A stretch of DNA of 64,000 bases from Clostridiales bacterium (GCA_017513085.1 JAFWDK010000022.1:32001-96000), one strand, 5' to 3'. Shown: positions 1 through 9,893, numbered from the stretch's first letter. The notes: generated by a model from the letters alone, not told the origin. Numbers and translations: made by a program.

Positions 1-2
1 AT

Positions 3-323
3 GTCCCGATCGAATACAGAAACCGTAAAGCAATCTCTTTTTTCCAGGATGTGTTGCGTTCCCATGAAGCTTTTTCTATAGACGAAGCAATAGAACTTTA
101 TGAATCTGAGCTCAGACTCAATCCGGCTTTGGCAGACCGTCAAAGTCCTGAGCAGCTTCAACAACAGCTTGCCCAGACTGCCCTTCTGCCACAGGGAGAT
201 GACGATCTTATGTCGCGTGCCCGCAATGCCATCGAATACATGGGCGGCATAAAGATATTCGCATTTATAACTGCACTTGTATTTCTTTCCTTTATTGTCA
301 CCGGTGTGATTGCAGGTATCTGA
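3..323 (+). CDS. hypothetical membrane protein, 5'-truncated at window edge
   Basis: Frame is open from position 3 (VPIEYRNRKAISFFQDVLRSHEAF...) to TGA 321-323. C-terminal hydrophobic helix. Stop lies 2 nt before the nrdG ATG. Confidence 0.7.
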   Translation, partial: VPIEYRNRKAISFFQDVLRSHEAFSIDEAIELYESELRLNPALADRQSPEQLQQQLAQTALLPQGDDDLMSRARNAIEYMGGIKIFAFITALVFLSFIVTGVIAGI

Positions 324-325
324 TC

Positions 326-1015
326 ATGAAGATTCACGGCTTGATGAAAATGACATTGTTGGACTTTCCCGGTAAAGTCGCCTGTACCGTATTTCTCGGA
401 GGGTGTGATTTCCGTTGCCCGTTCTGCCATAACTGGGAGCTTCTGGATCCGGAGGCGCCGGCTTTTATGGAAGATACGGAATTATTGCGCTTCCTGGATA
501 CAAGACACGGCTTACTGGATGGTGTTGTATTTACAGGAGGAGAGCCACTCCTTCGACGGGAGCTTCCTGATCTGATCAGATCGATCCGTGGAATGGGCTT
601 TCAAGTGAAACTGGATACTAACGGGAATCATCCGGACCGCTTGATCGAACTTGTAGAGGAAGGCCTTGTGGATTATGTTGCGATGGATATCAAGAATTGC
701 AGAGAACGTTATGGAGAGACCATAGGAATCCCGAATTTCAATGTGTCAAAAATTAATCAAAGTGTAGAATACCTTCTTGGCGGAAAAGTAGATTATGAGT
801 TCCGTACGACGGTCGTTTCGCAGTTCCATGACGAAGAATCCATGAAGAAGATCGGGGAATGGATCCATGGTGCGGACCGATACTTCCTGCAAGGTTTTGT
901 GAGCCGGGAGACTGTGCCGGACAAAGAGTTGAAGGCCTGTTCCAAAGAGCAGATGAATGCCTTTCTGGACATTGTTTCACCTTGTGTAAAAGAGGCTGCC
1001 CTGCGAGGAATTTGA
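326..1015 (+). CDS. nrdG: anaerobic ribonucleoside-triphosphate reductase activating protein (radical SAM)
   Basis: GCDFRCPFCHN CX3CX2C motif, TGGEP, DTNG, YEFRTT; adjacent to nrdD. Confidence 0.93.
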   Translation: MKIHGLMKMTLLDFPGKVACTVFLGGCDFRCPFCHNWELLDPEAPAFMEDTELLRFLDTRHGLLDGVVFTGGEPLLRRELPDLIRSIRGMGFQVKLDTNGNHPDRLIELVEEGLVDYVAMDIKNCRERYGETIGIPNFNVSKINQSVEYLLGGKVDYEFRTTVVSQFHDEESMKKIGEWIHGADRYFLQGFVSRETVPDKELKACSKEQMNAFLDIVSPCVKEAALRGI

Positions 1016-1047
1016 AATAAAAATCAAATACGTAATGAGATTGTAAG

Positions 1048-1094
1048 ATACAATATCTTGTGTTTTGCATTTTTTCGCTCACAAGATATTGACT
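1048..1094 (+). promoter_or_regulatory. tandem NrdR boxes overlapping the nrdD promoter
   Basis: ATACAATATCTTGTGT (1048-1063) and TCACAAGATATTGACT (1079-1094) match the NrdR consensus and are 31 bp apart. The second box overlaps -35 TTGACT (1089-1094); a TGnTATCTT -10 lies at about 1108-1116. Confidence 0.85.
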
Positions 1095-1200
1095 TTTTTG
1101 CCCGTAATGATATCTTTGTATATAACAGCCGTTAAGGGTAGCGAGCGATGGTTAAGAAGGGTGCCCATCGTGAAGTAATAAATCGGGAGGAAGGCTATTT

Positions 1201-3654
1201 ATGTATCGAGTATCAAAGAGAGACGGGGTAATCGTTGATTTTAATGTATCCAAGATCAGTGCAGCGATTGAGAAAGCGTTTATAGGATGTGACAAGCAGT
1301 ATCATCCGAGCGTGATCGATATGCTGGCGCTTCGCGTTACCAGTGATTTTGAAGATAAGATCAAAGACGAAGTGATTTCGGTGGAGGATATTCAGGATAG
1401 TGTAGAGAAGATCCTGTCCGAAGCAGGTTACTCTGATGTCGCGAAGGCATATATCCTTTACAGAAAACAGCGTGAGAAGATCCGTAATGTTAGAAATACG
1501 ATGTTGAACTATAGAGACATCGTGGACAATTATCTGAAGATCAACGACTGGCGTGTTAAAGAGAACTCTACCGTTACCTACAGCGTAGGCGGACTCATTC
1601 TCTCCAACTCCGGTGCCATTACGGCGAACTACTGGCTCTCTGAGATCTATGATGAAGAAATCGCAGAAGCGCACAGAAGCGCGGCGATCCATATCCACGA
1701 CCTGAGCATGCTGACAGGTTATTGTGCGGGATGGTCTCTCAAGCAACTGATCCAGGAAGGTCTTGGCGGCGTAGTCGGAAAGATCACTTCTTCTCCGGCA
1801 GGACACCTGTCCACATTGTGCAACCAGATGGTCAACTTCCTCGGCATCATGCAGAACGAGTGGGCCGGCGCACAGGCTTTCTCCTCTTTCGATACTTATC
1901 TGGCTCCTTTCGTTAAGATCGATAATCTTTCCCAGAAAGAAGTTAAGCAGTGCATCCAGTCTTTTATCTTTGGTGTTAACACACCTTCAAGATGGGGTAC
2001 ACAGTCTCCGTTTACCAATATTACCCTTGACTGGGTCGTTCCGAGAGATATGAAGGATGAGCAGTGCTGGGTAGGCGGCAAACAGGTCGATTTCACCTAT
2101 GGTGAATGCCAGAAAGAAATGGATATGGTCAACAAGGCATTTATCGAGATCATGATCGAAGGTGATGCCAATGGCCGTGGTTTCCAGTATCCTATCCCGA
2201 CATACTCTATTACCAGAGATTTCAACTGGGATGAAACAGAAAACAACAAACTTCTCTTTGAAATGACAGCTAAGTACGGTACTCCATACTTCTCCAACTA
2301 CATCAATTCCGACATGGAACCGAGTGATGTTCGAAGCATGTGCTGCCGTCTGAGACTGGATCTTCGCGAACTTCGCAAGAAGTCCGGTGGTTTCTTCGGT
2401 TCCGGCGAATCTACGGGTTCTGTTGGTGTAGTTACCATTAACCTGCCGCGTATCGCTTATCTGGCGGCAGATGAGACAGATTTCTTTAAGAGACTCGACA
2501 GACTCATGGATCTGGCAGCAAGATCTCTGAAGACAAAGAGAACGGTTATTACGAAACTTCTTGATACAGGTCTGTATCCGTATACGAAGAGATACCTCGG
2601 CACTTTCGATAATCACTTCTCAACGATCGGTCTTATCGGCATGAATGAAGTCGGACTGAATGCGAAGTGGCTCCGTAAGGATCTTACTCACAAGGAGACT
2701 CAGGATTTCGCTGCAAAAGTACTCAATCACATGAGAGACAAGCTCAGTGACTATCAGGAGAAGTATGGTGACCTTTATAACCTCGAAGCAACTCCGGCTG
2801 AGTCCACAACATACAGATTTGCCAAGCACGACAAGGAGCAGTTCCCGGATATTATTACAGCTAATGAGAAGGGCACACCTTATTACACCAACTCTTCTCA
2901 CTTGCCGGTAGGCTATACTGAGGATATCTTCTCTGCTTTGGATGTACAGGATAACTTGCAGACACTGTACACATCCGGTACTGTATTCCACGCTTTCCTT
3001 GGCGAGAAGCTTCCGGATTGGAAGGCTGCAGCTACTCTGGTACGTAAGATTGCCGAAAATTACAGATTGCCATACTATACCATGTCTCCGACATATTCTG
3101 TATGCAAGAACCATGGTTATATCACCGGCGAAGTTTTCGAGTGCCCGGATTGCGGAGGACGTACTGAGGTATATAGCCGAATCACCGGTTACTATCGTCC
3201 GATTCAGAACTGGAACGATGGCAAAGCACAGGAATATCAGGATCGTAGAGAATATGATATTGAGCATAGCTGCCTTTGCCACAGTGGTCCGATTACCTGT
3301 GTAAACAGCAATGAAGTGGAAGAAGCAGAACGCAAGGCATCCTCCGGTGCAGAAGAAGTGATCAACGTAACCGAGGCTCCGAAGCCGGCGGTTTCCGAAA
3401 ACGAGGGAACGGTTTTCCCGATCATGTACGTGAAAGATCACTGCCCGAAGTGCAAGGGTGCTGAGCAGAAGTTCAAGCTTGCCAAGGTACAGTACACAAT
3501 GGTGAATTGTTCCCAGAATATGGATGTGGCAAGAGAGATGAATATCCTGCAGACACCTACCATCATTGATGCAGACGGAACGAGATATGTTGGCGATAAC
3601 GCTGCATCCGAGTGGCTCAAGGCTCATTCTGAGAAAGTATCTACGGGAGTATAA
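1201..3654 (+). CDS. nrdD: class III (anaerobic) ribonucleoside-triphosphate reductase with N-terminal ATP cone and C-terminal glutaredoxin-like domain
   Basis: ATP cone (VSKRDG...AYILYR), YCAGW, SMCCRL, EATPAES, zinc site CKNH...CPDC, glycyl-radical loop YSRITGYYRP, then a CPKC...QTPT redoxin domain. Confidence 0.96.
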   Translation: MYRVSKRDGVIVDFNVSKISAAIEKAFIGCDKQYHPSVIDMLALRVTSDFEDKIKDEVISVEDIQDSVEKILSEAGYSDVAKAYILYRKQREKIRNVRNTMLNYRDIVDNYLKINDWRVKENSTVTYSVGGLILSNSGAITANYWLSEIYDEEIAEAHRSAAIHIHDLSMLTGYCAGWSLKQLIQEGLGGVVGKITSSPAGHLSTLCNQMVNFLGIMQNEWAGAQAFSSFDTYLAPFVKIDNLSQKEVKQCIQSFIFGVNTPSRWGTQSPFTNITLDWVVPRDMKDEQCWVGGKQVDFTYGECQKEMDMVNKAFIEIMIEGDANGRGFQYPIPTYSITRDFNWDETENNKLLFEMTAKYGTPYFSNYINSDMEPSDVRSMCCRLRLDLRELRKKSGGFFGSGESTGSVGVVTINLPRIAYLAADETDFFKRLDRLMDLAARSLKTKRTVITKLLDTGLYPYTKRYLGTFDNHFSTIGLIGMNEVGLNAKWLRKDLTHKETQDFAAKVLNHMRDKLSDYQEKYGDLYNLEATPAESTTYRFAKHDKEQFPDIITANEKGTPYYTNSSHLPVGYTEDIFSALDVQDNLQTLYTSGTVFHAFLGEKLPDWKAAATLVRKIAENYRLPYYTMSPTYSVCKNHGYITGEVFECPDCGGRTEVYSRITGYYRPIQNWNDGKAQEYQDRREYDIEHSCLCHSGPITCVNSNEVEEAERKASSGAEEVINVTEAPKPAVSENEGTVFPIMYVKDHCPKCKGAEQKFKLAKVQYTMVNCSQNMDVAREMNILQTPTIIDADGTRYVGDNAASEWLKAHSEKVSTGV

Positions 3655-3655
3655 T

Positions 3656-4567
3656 ATGTACGATATTATTGTAGTCGGCGGTGGACCTGCGGGTCTCACC
3701 GCCGCTATCTATGGACGGCGAAATGCAAAAACAGTCCTGGTGATTGAGAAATCTGTCTTTGGAGGACAGATCGTGAATTCTCCTAAGGTGGAGAATATTC
3801 CGGGTTTTGATTCTATTAGTGGAGATGAGTTCGGCGATAAGCTTCTGGAACAGGCAATGGGACAGGGCGCGGAAGCTACGATCGAGGATGTGACCGGCAT
3901 TGAAAAGAAAGAATCCGGCTTTATCGTATCTACAGCTGACGGGTCTTCTTATGAAGGAAAAACCGTTATTCTTGCAACGGGTACTACACATAGAACGCTT
4001 GGGCTTCCGGGTGAAGATGACCTGATTGGGAACGGAATCAGTTTTTGTGCAGTTTGCGATGGAGATTTTTACCGGGATAAGACCGTGGTCATGGTAGGTG
4101 GCGGAAACTCCGCTTTTGTTGAATCGGCTCTGCTGGTAGGTATAGTGAAGAAACTGATCATTCTGCAGGATCTTCCGAAGTTTACGGCTGATCAGAAACT
4201 TCAGGATCAGGTTCTATCTAAGGGAGACGTGGAAACACATGTCGGAACCAAGGTACTTGCTTATGAGGTTTCCGAAGATGGTGTGCTTACCGGCGTTACT
4301 TACGAAGAAGCAGGCCAGAGAAGAACAGTTGCCTGTGACGGAGTATTCCTTGCGGTCGGACTGGTACCTGAGAATACTGCTTTCGGTGAATGGGCACAGT
4401 TGGATGAGAGAGGATACTTCATACCGGAAAATATCTGTCATACTAAAACTCCCGGCATATATGTAGCCGGAGACTGCTGCCAAAAGACTTTGCGCCAGGT
4501 AACAACGGCCTGTTCCGATGGTGCATATGCAGCGATCAGCGCTTGTGATTACCTGAACGATCACTGA
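3656..4567 (+). CDS. trxB: thioredoxin-reductase-family FAD-dependent disulfide reductase
   Basis: MYDIIVVGGGPAGLTAA, ATG motif, active-site FCAVCDG, GGGNSA, YVAGD. Start moved to ATG 3656, 1 nt after the nrdD stop. Confidence 0.88.
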   Translation: MYDIIVVGGGPAGLTAAIYGRRNAKTVLVIEKSVFGGQIVNSPKVENIPGFDSISGDEFGDKLLEQAMGQGAEATIEDVTGIEKKESGFIVSTADGSSYEGKTVILATGTTHRTLGLPGEDDLIGNGISFCAVCDGDFYRDKTVVMVGGGNSAFVESALLVGIVKKLIILQDLPKFTADQKLQDQVLSKGDVETHVGTKVLAYEVSEDGVLTGVTYEEAGQRRTVACDGVFLAVGLVPENTAFGEWAQLDERGYFIPENICHTKTPGIYVAGDCCQKTLRQVTTACSDGAYAAISACDYLNDH

Positions 4568-4653
4568 CAGACAAACGCCTTTACCTTAGTCAATTACATG
4601 CTTCCATGGAATGTAGTATAATATACGATGGGTTTGACTGAGGAGGGCGGAAA

Positions 4654-7032
4654 ATGAAGCCGGGATATAGACGTGCAGCAGCGGCCTTACTGGTTATTTC
4701 CATACTGTTTTCGCTGACTGCATGTAAAAAGACGAAGAAGACCTTTTCAAAAGTCGTAAAAGAAGACGACCCGTATTTTGATGTGCAGGAAATAGAATTA
4801 AAACCACGTCTTAATACGGATGATTATACATGCGATTTACATGATGCAACAATTATCGGAGATTATATTGTAACCAATGGTAATATTTTTCAACGCAATC
4901 TGACGTCGGATGAGATCGTATCCCCTTTTTTTCAAAACTTTGTGGCAGTATTTGACTGCAATGGTGAGATGATCTCAATGGTTCCGAACGACCTCAATAC
5001 AGAAGTTGAGAATATCTTATGTGGTGCCAATAATGAAATCATGATCTTGTATTGTGATTATGCGCCGACAGCGAACGGGATAGATGAATTAAACGAAGTT
5101 TCCCGGCATCTTTGCGAGATTACACCTACTGGCGAAGTAGTCAGAGATATTCCATTGATGCTTGATGATATGAAGACTTGGTCGATAGGGTTCGGGTTTA
5201 TGGAGGACGGAAATATCCTTGTAAAAGGAATAGACATGTTGTACTGCATAAACAAGTCCGGAGAAATACTGTGGTCGACGGAGTGTATAAATCAGGATTT
5301 TACCAGTTACGACAATGGTCTATATTATGATGGAAAAGAATGGTATATCGGGGGACTGTCATTCGATTCAGATTATGAGATCTCGGAATGCTTTTTCCAA
5401 AAGATCGATATTCAGAATCAGACTATAAGCAAGGAACATATTCCAAATACTGATGTGTTCTCAGAAAGGATACATCTTTCGGACGGTTATTATTCTAAAG
5501 ACATGAGTGGTCTTTACAGGGTGGATCTGTTGAGCGATAAGAAAGAGGAAGTGATCAGTTGGAACAGTATTGACTATAACTACCTCAAGTTTTCGGATAA
5601 CGCAATCAAGGTCATATCTGATAATGAGATTTATGCATGTGTTTCCGAGAACGTGGAGTTGCCTAACGAATCCTATTTTGAAAAGAATTACTATGGGCAG
5701 ATCAAACTTGTAAAAATGACACGCGCGGCTAAAAATCCGCATGCCGGAAAAGCACTGATCACTATTGGTCTTTTTGAGAATAGTTACCAGTCTTTTTTTG
5801 ACTATATAGTCCGATACAATACTGTGCCGGATGGTCTTGCCAGAATTGCTATCCGATTTTATGACAATCACTATATGGATGTCATGTACAAAGGAGAAAA
5901 GAATAGTGTTTCCACTATTGATCAGGTATATAACGAAATGCTTTCCGGAACAGGACCGGATATCCTAATGGATTTTTCCGAGTACGGTAGATTTAATTCG
6001 GACAAGATCCTTCTGGATCTCAATTCTTTTATCGATGGGGAAAACGGATTAAATAGAAGCGAATACTTCAACAATGTATTCCGGGCATTTGAAGTAAAAG
6101 GGAAAATGTACCAGATCCCGGTCTGCATAGATATAGCCGGATATGTGGCAAATGGTGATTTGATCGGAACCAGGACCGGTTGGACTTGTTCCGAGTTCGA
6201 TCAGGTAGTCGGAAAACTTCCGGAAAGTGTGGAGGTTTTTGAATATACTACGCATGAGAACCTTCTTTCGATAATCGTCTCCAATTCTATGAATAGTTTC
6301 ATCGATTACGAGAAAAAAGAAGTCTTCTTCGATGGAGAAGAATTCAAGCAAGTTCTGGAAATCGCAAAAAAATACGGATGTGATAATGATTCTGGTGGTG
6401 AATCGTTCATGCCGGACCTTAGTGGAGATCACCCGGCTGATGAAACCGAAAGGAAAAAGATCGAAGATGGAAAACTGGCGCTGGTAAGTACATACATCTA
6501 CAACCTGACACAGTTTATTGTCAACAGAAGATTATGTAATCAGAAAGCTATCTTTGTCGGATATCCGTCTGAAGACGGAAGCGGCATGTCTGCCCGAGCG
6601 AGAATGACTTTTGGAATTTCTGCATATAGTGATTATTCAAAAGAAGCATGGGACTTTATCCGTTTTATGTTTAATGATGAGGAACAAGTGACTCATTCCC
6701 AGTTTTTTTCATCTATTCCGTTGTCAAGAACGGCATTTGAAAAGTGTATTGATGACGAGATCAAATCCAATCTTCAGTTAAAAAAATTTCTTGAAGAAGT
6801 GAATTTGGAGATTCCGGAGATGGTAATGGTGGAATATACGGAAGAAGATAAGACAGCCTATAGAAAACTGGTCGAAAATGTCAGTACGATCTACTTAACA
6901 GATTTAGAGATCATGAGTGTGATCATGGAGGAGTCAAAAGCATATTTCTATGACGATAAAGACATAGAAGATGTGGTAACCAAAATTCAGACGTCTGCCA
7001 CAAATATCGTACAAGGACGAGATAAGGGATAG
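4654..7032 (+). CDS. extracellular solute-binding lipoprotein (large N-terminal beta-rich region plus sugar-binding-type SBP domain)
   Basis: Lipobox LTAC; GPDIL, LLDL, GKMYQIP, EAWDFIRF motifs of family-1 SBPs; RBS GAGGAGG. Confidence 0.8.
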   Translation: MKPGYRRAAAALLVISILFSLTACKKTKKTFSKVVKEDDPYFDVQEIELKPRLNTDDYTCDLHDATIIGDYIVTNGNIFQRNLTSDEIVSPFFQNFVAVFDCNGEMISMVPNDLNTEVENILCGANNEIMILYCDYAPTANGIDELNEVSRHLCEITPTGEVVRDIPLMLDDMKTWSIGFGFMEDGNILVKGIDMLYCINKSGEILWSTECINQDFTSYDNGLYYDGKEWYIGGLSFDSDYEISECFFQKIDIQNQTISKEHIPNTDVFSERIHLSDGYYSKDMSGLYRVDLLSDKKEEVISWNSIDYNYLKFSDNAIKVISDNEIYACVSENVELPNESYFEKNYYGQIKLVKMTRAAKNPHAGKALITIGLFENSYQSFFDYIVRYNTVPDGLARIAIRFYDNHYMDVMYKGEKNSVSTIDQVYNEMLSGTGPDILMDFSEYGRFNSDKILLDLNSFIDGENGLNRSEYFNNVFRAFEVKGKMYQIPVCIDIAGYVANGDLIGTRTGWTCSEFDQVVGKLPESVEVFEYTTHENLLSIIVSNSMNSFIDYEKKEVFFDGEEFKQVLEIAKKYGCDNDSGGESFMPDLSGDHPADETERKKIEDGKLALVSTYIYNLTQFIVNRRLCNQKAIFVGYPSEDGSGMSARARMTFGISAYSDYSKEAWDFIRFMFNDEEQVTHSQFFSSIPLSRTAFEKCIDDEIKSNLQLKKFLEEVNLEIPEMVMVEYTEEDKTAYRKLVENVSTIYLTDLEIMSVIMEESKAYFYDDKDIEDVVTKIQTSATNIVQGRDKG

Positions 7033-7064
7033 AAAAAAAGAGCGGCTCAGGTCGCTCTTTTTTT
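7033..7064. terminator. bidirectional intrinsic terminator between convergent genes
   Basis: A7-GAGCG...CGCTC-T7 hairpin overlapping the GGDEF gene stop. Confidence 0.75.
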
Positions 7065-8876
7065 AGTCTTTTTCTCAATATACATGATTTTGTCGGCTTT
7101 GTGCATGCATTCCATAAGATTTTCCCAGCTTGAAACATTGCAACTGCCGATACTGGCACCGATGGAGTATTCTGTTTTTTGTTCCTCGTTGGCTTTCTTG
7201 ATAGCACTTCTGAAAGCTCTGGTAAACTGCCCCAGCCGGCCCGGATTGTCAAGAATCAATACAGCTTCAAATTCGTCCCCTCCCATTCTGGCAGCAATTT
7301 CTCTTTCGTTTACAGAAGAATTCAGACAGTAGGCTATAGATTTCAATGCTTCATCTCCTGCGGAATGACCAAAAGTATCGTTAATGTATTTCAGACCATC
7401 CATATCTATGCTGACTACTGCAATGGAGTATTTTTCCGATGTGCCATCGTGGAAAAGCTCCGAGATCATCTTCTCAAAACCGCGCCGGTTATATAGCCCT
7501 GTCAGAGCATCTTTGATATACAGATCCATGATGTTGTTGGCTTCCGTGAGTCTCTCGTAAAGGCGGAGACGGTTGATCGTTTGTCCCATAAGCACCATGA
7601 TGAATTCCAGTTTTTCATCGATGAAAAAGTTGGCATTATCATCGACAGAGAGCATCGCGTAGCCATACACTTCACTTTTATAGAAGATCGGAAGGAAAAT
7701 GTGGATGCCCGGAACCTGATCGTCCAGTTCTTCCGGGAGAAGAAGCGAAGACGGGAAGTGGATGTCTGCAGTGACTCCTTTTCCATCGGTAAGATATCCG
7801 GTAACTCTTCTGTCGTTTTCACAGAACTCTACAAAACAACATTCATCAAAAATGCCGTATTCCTGGAGATTCAAAAGCGTAAGCTTTACGTTATCCGGAA
7901 AGGTCATCAGATCTTCATATTCGGATTCCATAAGTACGAAAGCCCGGGTCTTGTCATAATAGTTTCTCTGTGCTGCTTCAAGAAGACGATGCATCTCGTC
8001 CGCATCCTGCTTCTCCATGATCTCGTTGGTACTTTCGCGAAGAAGCAGGCGACCGGGAACCGTGATGGTCATATCAATGGTTTCACCTCTGTTTACTCTT
8101 TCCAGACAATCAATAGCTGCACTGACCAAAGTTGATTCTGGAATATCCGATGTGGTCAATGACGGAGAGTATAGAGCAGATGCTGCCAGATTATCGACTC
8201 CTGTGATAAAGGTGTCCTTCGGGATGGAATATCCTCTCGCGATCAGTTCATCCATCAGAGCAAGAGCCATGTAGTCATTCGAGCAGATGATAGCCTTGGG
8301 AAGAGTGCCATCTTTCTTGGTAAAAAAATCAGCAGTTTGCGGGCCCTGGGTAGTCCAGTAATTCCCGTGAAAAATCATGTCCTCCCGGACTTCGTATCCT
8401 GCTTCATGCATGGCATCTTCAAACCCTGCTCTTCGTTCGGCAGAGTCTTTCAGTTCATCACGTCCGGTGACAAATCCGATATCGTCGGTGCCACACTTCT
8501 TGATCACATATTCAGCTATATCATGCATGATGATCCGGTTATCCGGAACGATACTGTAAAAACCTTGCTCGTCTACTCGGATGCTTACTGTCGGAGGGAG
8601 ATCCGCAACTGCTATCAACCTGTCCAGGAGTTCTTTATCCAGACCGGCATGACTAAGAGTATCTGAACATAATATGATTCCGTCGTACATAGTAAGAGGG
8701 GGCAAAGAAAGAATTCCCCGTAGTCCCTGGGCATGAAGAGGGTTCTCACTGGGAACGGAGCAATTTCCGAAAATATCGATCCGATGCCCGTTTTCCAGTG
8801 CTTTTTTCTTAAGGTTCGATATGATCAAAGATGAATAATCCCGATACATATCCCCGATAAATGCACAAATCCTCAT
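7047..8876 (-). CDS. diguanylate cyclase with N-terminal LacI-type sugar-binding domain
   Basis: ERRAGF, AIICSNDYMA, ITGVDN, PSLTT (LacI/PBP1 fold); DALTGLYNRRG, NDTFGHSAGD, RMGGDEF. Confidence 0.88.
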   Translation of the reverse strand: MRICAFIGDMYRDYSSLIISNLKKKALENGHRIDIFGNCSVPSENPLHAQGLRGILSLPPLTMYDGIILCSDTLSHAGLDKELLDRLIAVADLPPTVSIRVDEQGFYSIVPDNRIIMHDIAEYVIKKCGTDDIGFVTGRDELKDSAERRAGFEDAMHEAGYEVREDMIFHGNYWTTQGPQTADFFTKKDGTLPKAIICSNDYMALALMDELIARGYSIPKDTFITGVDNLAASALYSPSLTTSDIPESTLVSAAIDCLERVNRGETIDMTITVPGRLLLRESTNEIMEKQDADEMHRLLEAAQRNYYDKTRAFVLMESEYEDLMTFPDNVKLTLLNLQEYGIFDECCFVEFCENDRRVTGYLTDGKGVTADIHFPSSLLLPEELDDQVPGIHIFLPIFYKSEVYGYAMLSVDDNANFFIDEKLEFIMVLMGQTINRLRLYERLTEANNIMDLYIKDALTGLYNRRGFEKMISELFHDGTSEKYSIAVVSIDMDGLKYINDTFGHSAGDEALKSIAYCLNSSVNEREIAARMGGDEFEAVLILDNPGRLGQFTRAFRSAIKKANEEQKTEYSIGASIGSCNVSSWENLMECMHKADKIMYIEKKTKKRAT

Positions 8877-9069
8877 ACAGAATACCTCGCAAACAAATAA
8901 TCAATTTAATTATACGATGTAGCAGCCTATTTCAAATGTCTAAAAAACCGAAAAAAAGTTACCATTCTGAAAACAACTTGAACGCGTTGTCAAAAAGACT
9001 ATACTGGACTAATAAGATGTCCCGGGACCTGAATGCCGGACAAGAAGGTCTCTGGCAAGGAGCATGGTA

Positions 9070-9738
9070 ATGAGATTAAGAAAACTGACAAAGGAAGAGA
9101 TCGATAAGAGAAACGAACCCCCGGTACTGACGACTCTTGAAGAAGTCGGCAATGCGATAACGCATGGTATTGGCGCAGCGCTCTCCATTGCCGGATTTGT
9201 TCTTCTGCTCCTGAAGTCGGATACAGGACTTAAGATCATGGCGTCCTGTTTCTACGGGATCTGCCTGATCCTTCTGTTTCTGATGAGTTGTCTTTACCAT
9301 TCCTGGAAAACAGGACTTTTTGTCAAGAAACTATGGAGACGGTTTGACTATTCTTCCATATATCTTCTGATCGGCGGTACTTTTGCTCCTCTTTGTCTTG
9401 TATACTGGGGCAATACTCCTGGCCTGGTGATGTTTTGTATCCAATGGGCACTGATCATTATGGGAATTACATTCATTGGAGTATTCGGTCCGGCCCGTCT
9501 GATGTCATTACATTTCACATTATATTTTCTTATCGGATGGAGCGGTCTTTTGTTTGTTCCCGGCATGATCAAAAACGATCTTTGGCTGTTTTTCATGATC
9601 CTTGGTGGCGGATTGCTCTATACTTTTGGCATGATCCCTTTTGTGAAAGATAAGAAAGGCGATCACTTTATCTGGCATATCTTTGTACTTCTCGGAGCAA
9701 CTGCGCATTGGTTCGGTATATACCTTTTCGTATACTGA
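9070..9738 (+). CDS. hemolysin III / PAQR family membrane protein
   Basis: EEVGNAITHG, SCLYH, RRFDYSSIYLLIGGT, HFIWHIFV; about 7 TM helices; RBS AAGGAG 7 nt before ATG 9070. Confidence 0.9.
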   Translation: MRLRKLTKEEIDKRNEPPVLTTLEEVGNAITHGIGAALSIAGFVLLLLKSDTGLKIMASCFYGICLILLFLMSCLYHSWKTGLFVKKLWRRFDYSSIYLLIGGTFAPLCLVYWGNTPGLVMFCIQWALIIMGITFIGVFGPARLMSLHFTLYFLIGWSGLLFVPGMIKNDLWLFFMILGGGLLYTFGMIPFVKDKKGDHFIWHIFVLLGATAHWFGIYLFVY

Positions 9739-9893
9739 GCATAGGACCGGATGCTTTTTCACTGTTTGCAGACCCGAAAATGGGACTTCATTTTTTAGAT
9801 ACTTTAGGAGATGAATACACTAATTTTTCGTTTCGAGTTCTCTGCCGTGACGTTTTATAGTCCGAGCGAATGGGATCTTGAGAAGGAGGAAGT

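Noticed and set aside
3566-3655. Longer reductase start overlapping nrdD, or an nrdD-reductase frameshift fusion
   Set aside because: The family N-terminus (MYDIIVVGGG) starts at ATG 3656 with GGGAG upstream, and no slippery site is evident.
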